DNA of 26,705 bases from a virus (Duplodnaviria; Heunggongvirae; Uroviricota; Caudoviricetes), in the IMG/VR virus record IMGVR_UViG_2872185964_000003. One strand, 5' to 3'. The notes under the pieces were generated by a model. It was not told the origin of the DNA. It did no database searches and worked only from the letters and a program-made list of their open reading frames with translations. Positions 18,216 to 26,705 of the stretch are shown here, piece after piece. The position numbers and the translations under genes are program-made. How positions within the stretch are numbered: position 1 is the stretch's first letter; each line of letters begins with the position of its first letter.

Positions 18216-19085
18216 TCAGAAGTCGGCCAGCTGGTCGGAGGCTGCGCCCGTTGCGGTGAAGCGGTTCTGCGGATCGCCGTCCTGCGTGCGCAGTTTTTCC
18301 TTCAGTGCTGCCAGCTCTGTGGTCAGTGACGTAATTTTCTGGCGGTCCTGCTGATGGCGGGTTTCCAGCACATTAAAACGGTCGATAATGTCGGCCTGTG
18401 ACGTTGCGACGCCTTCCACCGCTTCCTGAATACGGGAAAAACTGGCGTCATCCGCTTTGCGGCCACGGCCAATAATCCCCATTACGCGGTTAAACCACTG
18501 GGTGCCTTCTTCCTGGCGTTGTTCTGCCATTTCGATGATTTCAGACTCGATGGCTTCGGAGATAAGCGGCGCTTCACCCTGGATACTGTTAAACGTCATC
18601 ACCGCCTGACGTTGCTGTGCCGTGAATTTCAGGCGCTCAGTGCCCAGGCTTGCCGGGGTGTCGGTCATCGCCAGCCCGACCAGATAGGCGCGCCCGTTAA
18701 CGGAGAACTGCGGGTGCAGTTCGATACTGGAATAGATTTTCTTGCCGTCCGCAACAAGCTGCTTCATGCGCTCGGTCGGTTCGATTTCTGCATACAGCGC
18801 AGTACGTCCGGCCAGCGGACCTTCCGTAATGTCTTCCGTACTCAGTGCGGTGACATCGCCCATTGCGGAAAATTCGCTTGACGGGCATGGCGAGAGATAG
18901 TGCTCAACGTTCACGCGGGCAGCGTAAACATCCGGGTTGAAGTTCTCGGCGGCTTCACGCAGATGCACCGGACTGATTTCACGGCCATCAACAGTTGATC
19001 CGGAGACAGCCACGCGAAACTTTTTGCGGGATGTCTTTTTTTCATTAGCCATAGTTTTTGCCCCTCTGACTGGTTCTTCAGTCAT
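18216..19085 (-). CDS. O: Capsid scaffolding protein (P2 gpO-like), 289 aa
   Basis: Intact ORF; ...GRAYLVGLAMTDTPASLGTERLKF... resembles gpO. First gene of the leftward capsid operon. Confidence 0.85.
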   Translation of the reverse strand: MTEEPVRGAKTMANEKKTSRKKFRVAVSGSTVDGREISPVHLREAAENFNPDVYAARVNVEHYLSPCPSSEFSAMGDVTALSTEDITEGPLAGRTALYAEIEPTERMKQLVADGKKIYSSIELHPQFSVNGRAYLVGLAMTDTPASLGTERLKFTAQQRQAVMTFNSIQGEAPLISEAIESEIIEMAEQRQEEGTQWFNRVMGIIGRGRKADDASFSRIQEAVEGVATSQADIIDRFNVLETRHQQDRQKITSLTTELAALKEKLRTQDGDPQNRFTATGAASDQLADF

Positions 19086-19205
19086 GATGGCAAAGCGTAA
19101 CAGGCTGATACAAAGGGCTTTTGTTGTAAGAAAACGGCCAGAACAGAGGGTTAAGGAGAACAGTTTCGCGCGCGGGTAATCTTCCTGTAATTACTCAGGG
19201 GAGCA
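19086..19205. promoter_or_regulatory. Divergent late promoter region between O (minus) and P (plus)
   Basis: 120-bp intergenic region between divergently oriented O and P, the position of the Ogr-dependent divergent late promoters in P2. Only imperfect dyads were seen (see rejected list). Confidence 0.4.
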
Positions 19206-20881
19206 ATGATTCAGGACGCTTTTGTGCGCCAGCGTGCGCGGCAACTTTACTGGCAGGGTTATCCGCCCGCAGAAATATCACGTCTGATGGGAATAAACCC
19301 GAACACGATTTATGCGTGGAAAAAACGTGACCAGTGGGATGAAACGCCACCCGGGCAGCGTGTCACGCAGTCCATCGATGCGCGCCTCATCCAGCTTACT
19401 GAAAAACAGAATAAAACAGGCGGTGACTTTAAGGAAATAGACCTGCTGACCCGGCAGCTTAAAAAGCTGCATGATGGCCAGCCGGATGTGATGGCCGCAG
19501 GAAAGAAAGGCCGGGCGAAAAAACTCAAAAATCATTTCACGCCGGAACAGATTGCTGCACTGCGGGAAAAAATCATCAGCAGGCTGGAGTGGCATCAGCG
19601 GGGCTGGTTTGACTCCCTGACCCTTTGCAGGGAAGCCGGGATACGTAACAGGATGATCCTGAAATCCCGACAGATTGGGGCGACCTGGTATTTTGCACAG
19701 GAAGCACTGCTGATGGCGCTGCGTGACGATGTGGCGCAACCTTACCAGCGTAACCAGATTTTTTTGTCTGCGTCGCGTCGTCAGGCGTTCCAGTTTAAAA
19801 GCATTATTCAGAAGGCGCGGCTGAAGTTGATGTGGAGCTGAAAGGGGGCGATAAAATCATCCTCTCCAACGGCGCAGAGCTGCATTTTCTCGGCACTTCT
19901 GCTGCGTCGGCACAGTCCTATACGGGCAATTTTTATTTTGATGAATTTTTCTGGGTCAGTCGCTTTGCTGAACTGCGCAAGGTGGCTGGCGCTATGGCAA
20001 CCCTCAGCGGACTGCGGCGCACCTACTTCTCCACGCCATCCACCGAAACGCACGAGGCATACGCCTACTGGAACGGCGACCGCTGGAACGAGAAAAAGGC
20101 CTCGCATAAACGCCAGCGTTTTTCTGTGGACTGGAAAACGCTGCATAACGGGCTTATCTGCCCTGACCGGACGTGGCGGCAAATTGTCACGCTGGAAGAT
20201 GTGGTTAATCACGGCTGGAAACACACCGATATCGACGAAATTCGTGATGAAAACACCGAAGACGAGTTCCTCAATCTCTATATGTGCGAGTTTGTCCGCG
20301 AAGGGGAATCGGCATTTAACCTGAATATCCTGATTGGCTGCGGCGTTGACGGATACGACGACTGGAAAGACTGGAAACCTTTTGCTCCCCGCCCGATGGG
20401 GAATCGTCCGGTATGGATTGGGTATGACGCAAACGGCAGCAGTGGCAACGGCGACAGCGGCGCTGTGTCCGTGGTGGTTCCTCCGTCTGTTCCTGGTGGC
20501 CGTTTTCGAACGGTGGAGACGCGACGCGTTCAGGGGCTGGAGTTTGAAGAACAGGCCAGAGTCATTGAAGAGTTCACGTGTCGCTACAACGTGGAACACA
20601 TCGGCATTGATGTGACGGGCGGGAACGGGGAGGCTGTTTATCAGATAGTGAAACGGTTTTTCCCTGCCGCTATTCCGTACACCTTCACGCTGTCATCAAA
20701 ACGGTCGCTGGTACTGAAAATGCTGCAAATAATGCGTGCCGGGCGGTGGGAATACGATCGCGCCGAACGCGAGCTGGTCGCGGCCTTTAACGCCGTGCGT
20801 AAGGTGAAAACACCGGGCGGCTTTATCACTTACGAAACGGACCGAGCGAGGGGATCAGCCACGGCGACCTTGCGTGGGTAA
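19206..20881 (+). CDS. P: Terminase large (ATPase) subunit (P2 gpP-like), apparent -1 frameshift near 19825
   Basis: ORFs 19206..19841 and 19832..20881 together span a gpP-like protein. The break is at GCGCGG, where one extra G would restore ...QKARAEVDVELKGGDKIILSNGAE.... Confidence 0.8.
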
Positions 20882-20954
20882 CCATGCTTGCTGTCATTAA
20901 CGAACCGATTGGCGGCGAAGGAGAAAACGAGCGTTTCACGGTTATGGAGTTCTG

Positions 20955-21999
20955 ATGAGCAGAAAAAATAAAAAAGTGCGCATGAGTTCACGCATTGATC
21001 TCGCTGATGCGCTCAGGAAAGAATCATCGCTCAGTGCATTCACATTTGATGGTCCTTATCGCCTGACCGGGCATGACCTGCTGGACAATATGTACTGTGC
21101 TGATAACGGGCGGTGGTATGAACCCCGGTGGACTGGTACGGTCTGGCAAGAGCTGCCCGGCAAACGTCTTGGCATCAGTCTGCGCTTTACTTTAAGCGCA
21201 ATGTATTGCTCGGTTGCTACATCCCGCACCCGCTGCTTTCCCGGTAGGATTTCTCGGCGCTGGCGCTGGACTGGTTTGTGTTCGGTAACGCATTCCTTGA
21301 GCTTCGAAGCAATATGCTCGGCGAACCGCTTAAATTACGGCACGCCCTGGCGAAATACATGCGACGCGGAAGCGATCTTGAATCATGGTGGTATGTGCAG
21401 GATGGCAAGGATGCGTTTCAGTTTCGCCCAGGCAAAGTGTGTCACCTGATGAATCCTGACATTAACCAGGAAATCTACGGCATGCCGGAATATCTCGGCG
21501 CATTACTCTCGGCCAGCCTGTCTCATTCGGCGGACATGTTCAGAAAACTGTATTACGACAACGGATCCCACGCCGGGTGCATCATCTACATCGGTGCCGC
21601 GCAGGTAAACCGCGAAAGCATGGACTCCCTGAAAGAAACGCTACAGGGTGCGCGTGGTGGTGGTGCGTTTAAAAACGTGCTCATTCATGCGCCCAACGGG
21701 GCAAAGAGGGGGTGCAAATTTTGCCGTTCCAGCAGATCACCGCAAAGGATGAGTTCATGAATGTTAAGGCGGCATCCCGTGATGATGTGCTGGCTGCGCA
21801 CCGCGTTCCGCCGCAACTGATGGGGGCGATGCCGGGTGAAAAAAGTGCGTTTGGTGATGTGGAGAAGGCCGCGCGGGTTTACGCAATTAACGAGCTGATG
21901 CCCGTCATGGAGGCCATGAAGCACATCAATGACTGGCTTGGCGAAGAGGTGATCCGCTTTAACCCTTACGCACTGTTAGACATCCAGCCCACATCCTGA
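20955..21999 (+). CDS. Q: Portal protein (P2 gpQ-like), two apparent frameshifts
   Basis: Three overlapping ORFs in three frames (20955..21449, 21278..21760, 21712..21999) together span a portal-like protein downstream of P. Confidence 0.75.
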
Positions 22000-22327
22000 C
22001 GCGCTTCGCTTGTCTGCTGCTTCGCCGGGGCATAAAAAATTTATGCCCGACTCTCCAGCTCCTGTATCAGTCAGATAATTTCACGACGCCTTCCAGTTTA
22101 TCGCCACCATCGACGGTCAGACTCTTACGCAATCCCACCGCGTTGACTGCATGTTCTCGCCGCCTCAGTGCGATTTTGACGGCCTTACCTTTCACCCCAT
22201 CAAATCAGAATCCCTCACGTATTTTTCACGCTCAGCGTGAGAAATACGGCCATTCTGTCGTGTCGCTGCGACATCGTTAAGGGAACGCTATTTACCCCCT
22301 GAAACGCGGGCTGTTCCCCCGTCACCT
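22000..22327. other. Non-coding region downstream of Q; expected position of the cos packaging site
   Basis: No convincing ORF. Contains palindromes GGGCATAAAAAATTTATGCCC (22028-22048) and CGTATTTTTCACGCTCAGCGTGAGAAATACG (22216-22250). A cos core was not positively identified. Confidence 0.25.
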
Positions 22328-22352
22328 GCGCGCAGAAAAAGCGCGTTTTTTT
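22328..22352 (+). terminator. Rho-independent terminator (plus strand)
   Basis: CGCGC-AGAAAAA-GCGCG hairpin followed by TTTTTTT. Confidence 0.45.
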
Positions 22353-22422
22353 GTGCACGCACGGATCCTTGACGGATCCAGCCGCCACGCGGGCTGGAAG
22401 GGCAAAAATTCGTTCAAAAAAA

Positions 22423-22449
22423 TTGTGCAAATTTGTGCACTATTGTGCA
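22423..22449. repeat. Three phased direct repeats of TTGTGCA at 10-bp spacing
   Basis: AATTGTGCAAATTTGTGCACTATTGTGCAG; a fourth copy lies at 22351-22357 next to the terminator. Two copies contain the GTGCAC palindrome. Confidence 0.35.
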
Positions 22450-22487
22450 GCAGGGCGATGTGCGATTATCGCCCTAGTTTGAGGGGA

Positions 22488-23077
22488 TCAGGTGTTATTT
22501 TTATCTGTCGTCAGTGGGCTAAACCATCCACAATTTACATCGCATGACTGATGCGTTCTGTCCTCGTGTTTCTCCTGCCACAATGCTTTTCCGCCAGCCT
22601 TTATGATGGCTCTTTCAACATCCCGCTCGTATCGCAAGGGCTGAAATACGTCATTAATGAAATATTCGCTTATGTCCGGAAGCGATACTGCAAAATTATT
22701 TGTTTGTTGCGCCGTCCTGCTATGCAGCAAAGCGGCATGCTTTAATGCGTCCTGTGCTTTCTGGAATTTAAGTGCATAGTCAGTGGCGATTTTTTCCAGT
22801 TCAGCGATTCGGTTGTCTTTGGTTTCCAGCCAATCAAGTAGCGCCAATACTTCAGGATCCCGACATCCAACACTGTTACGCGTGATTTTTCATAATGTTC
22901 GTCAGCAAGAGTTCGGCCAATTTTGAAATCTCCATCATCACCATAACCGGAGCAGGCATAAACAACCTGTGCTCCAGATATTCGCTGAATTGACATTTCC
23001 TCGCCGCAAATAGGGCATTTCGGTACTGGCACAGGTGAATAACGTTCACGTAATGCCTGATAGTTGATTTCGCTCAT
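22488..23077 (-). CDS. Hypothetical Zn-ribbon protein, apparent frameshift near 22885
   Basis: N-terminus MSEINYQALRERYSPVPVPKCPICGEEM...YACSGYGDD and a coiled-coil C-terminal part in a second frame. The break is at an A5 run; AAGGAG RBS upstream. Confidence 0.55.
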
Positions 23078-23140
23078 TAAGTCGTTCTCCTTGTTTATGT
23101 TCTGAGGTGGAGAGCAGGGCGAACTCGCCCTGATGTTGTG

Positions 23141-23452
23141 TTATTCAGGAAATAACGCCCGGATATTTCCGGCCATCTGACTGGTTATCTGTGCGGTTGA
23201 TACTGGCTGTGATGTGGGGCGTTCTGTCCTGGTTTGTGTCACTGATAACGCTTCATCACCAGCCCATGCAGCCAGTCGATAAGCCTCTGCCGGATTCATT
23301 TTCAGAAGTGCCAGCCCGGCCAGAAAAGCCACGCGTTGGCCGCTTTTGCGGGCTTCTGGTGTAAGGCTGTCCAGCCAGGCGCATGCTTCTCCTTCGTTCT
23401 TGACGGCGGTGGGCTTCAGATAGAAACTTATCCGTCTGGTTGGAGTCGTCAT
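23141..23452 (-). CDS. parR: ParR-like centromere-binding protein (type II partition adaptor), 103 aa
   Basis: The Met at 23452 directly follows the parM stop. RISFYLKPTAVKNEGEACAWLDSLTPEARKSGQRVAFLAGLAL resembles the ParR N-terminal RHH region. Confidence 0.6.
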   Translation of the reverse strand: MTTPTRRISFYLKPTAVKNEGEACAWLDSLTPEARKSGQRVAFLAGLALLKMNPAEAYRLAAWAGDEALSVTQTRTERPTSQPVSTAQITSQMAGNIRALFPE

Positions 23453-23456
23453 TGGT

Positions 23457-25531
<2,075 letters not shown>

Positions 25532-25535
<4 letters not shown>

Positions 25536-25857
25536 TTTTTCCAGAGGCGGTCGAACTCCGCCTTCGCAAAATAAGCGGAAGCCTGGCGAAGGATATCGTT
25601 ACTGCGGCGCAGTTCACGATTTTCACGTTCCAGCTCTTTCAGACGCTGACGTTCAGCGGTGGTGAGCCCGCCATCACCGCCTCCGGTATCCCGCTCATGC
25701 TGGCGTACCCAGACACGCAGAGTCTCCGGTGTACAGCCAATCTTTGGGGCAATGGAACAAATTGCCGCCCACTGTGAGTCATATTCGCCCTGACTTTCCA
25801 GAACCATACGAATCGCCCTCTGACGGACTTCGGGGAAAAACGAGTATTTTTAGTCAT
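25532..25857 (-). CDS. IS629 orfA, apparent frameshift near codon 9
   Basis: MTKNTRFSP at 25857 is in one frame and ...[24 protein letters not shown]... in another; the break is at TTTTCCCCG (C4). Confidence 0.7.
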
Positions 25858-25911
25858 CCTGTTTACCTCTTTCTCAGGGAGTTTAGTCTCCAGGATTCCC
25901 GGGGCGGTTCA

Positions 25912-26705
25912 GTGCTTATTGACTTGTGGTGGAAATACCACGGCCAGCTAATGAAGTCAGGGCATAACACGCGCCTTAAATTGCTGCGCTTGAGTGAAGC
26001 AATGGATGACCCGTGCGTGCATAAACTTAATACAACGATGCTCACCGAGCTACGTGTGTCCAGGATAGAGCAGGGGATACAGCCCAGCACCATAAATCGA
26101 GAGATTGGGGCGTTAAGCGCGATGTTTACCGCACTCATCTCATCCGGCCATTTTCTTAACGATAACCCCGTTCAAGGCCTTAAAGGAATGAAGGTTAAGG
26201 AGCGCGAAATGGGATATCTGAGTAAGTCTGAATGTGTTCAGTTGCTGGATGCACTGGCTGAAAATCCCGATGAACGACTGGCTGTCGAAATCCTTCTGTC
26301 GACCGGGCGCGATGGGGCGAGGTAGCGGCACTGGAGCAGCGCCGTGTTCTTCATTGTCGAATCACTTTTTCAAAAACGAAGAACAGCAAAAACCGTACCG
26401 TTCCTATTTCTGAAAGCCTGTTTGAAAAGATCAAAAAACGGGGCGGGAAACTGGTGTTTCCGACGCTGGATTATTCATTGGTTCGCGATGTCATCAAAAC
26501 GGTCGCACCTGATGTTCCTGACGGCCAGGCTGTTCATGCGCTGCACCACACCTTCGCCAGTCATTTCATGATGAACGGCGGCAATATTCTGACGCTCCAG
26601 AAAATTCTGGGGCACGCAAAGATTCAGACAACGATGATTTATGCCCATCTTGCGCCGGATTACCTGCAGGATGCGGTGAGGTTTAATCCACTAGGAGGTG
26701 CTTAA
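25912..26705 (+). pseudogene. int: P2-type tyrosine integrase, 5'-truncated by IS629, one apparent frameshift near 26307
   Basis: Begins at the IS629 boundary (...LIDLWWKYHGQ...) and ends ...HALHHTFASHFMMNGGNILTLQKILGHAKIQTTMIYAHLAPDYLQDAVRFNPLGGA with the conserved R, H-x-x-R and Tyr. About 60 N-terminal residues are missing. Confidence 0.85.

Noticed and set aside
19086-19205. Looked for a canonical Ogr-type TGT-N12-ACA activator site in the divergent late promoter region
   Set aside because: Only imperfect dyads were found (for example TGT-N15-ACA at 19125-19145), so no specific binding site is called.
22215-22430. 71-aa minus-strand ORF in the region downstream of Q
   Set aside because: Spans a terminator hairpin and palindromes, with no RBS; likely non-coding.

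Overview
The window is almost entirely a degraded, IS-riddled P2-like prophage, apparently in an Escherichia/Shigella-type chromosome (inferred from IS1, IS2, IS911 and IS629). All assignments come from reading the sequence and ORF translations against recalled P2-family proteins; no database search was run. On the minus strand the late genes run O-N-M-L-X-holin-endolysin-lysB/lysC-R-S-V-W-J-I-H, with terminase P and portal Q on the plus strand, and a 5'-truncated P2-type integrase ends the window. The prophage is defective: IS2 sits inside the ogr-like late activator gene with a 5-bp target duplication, IS1 truncates both the tail fiber gene H and the tail tube gene FII, and genes G, E, T and U are absent. 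The sheath/tube genes FI-FII are inverted relative to the other late genes, D and N carry premature stop codons, and the early region (C, cox, B, A) is replaced by a Zn-ribbon gene, a parMR-type partition remnant and an IS911 fragment abutted by IS629. Many additional frameshifts fall in short homopolymer runs and may be sequencing errors. The most interesting feature is a ~3.5-kb AT-rich three-gene cassette (2059-5176, minus strand) between D and ogr, encoding a 786-aa membrane-anchored protein with no motif I can recognise; it is a candidate undescribed prophage-borne defence or abortive-infection module. A Hok/Gef-family toxin gene missed by the ORF track lies at 1-141.
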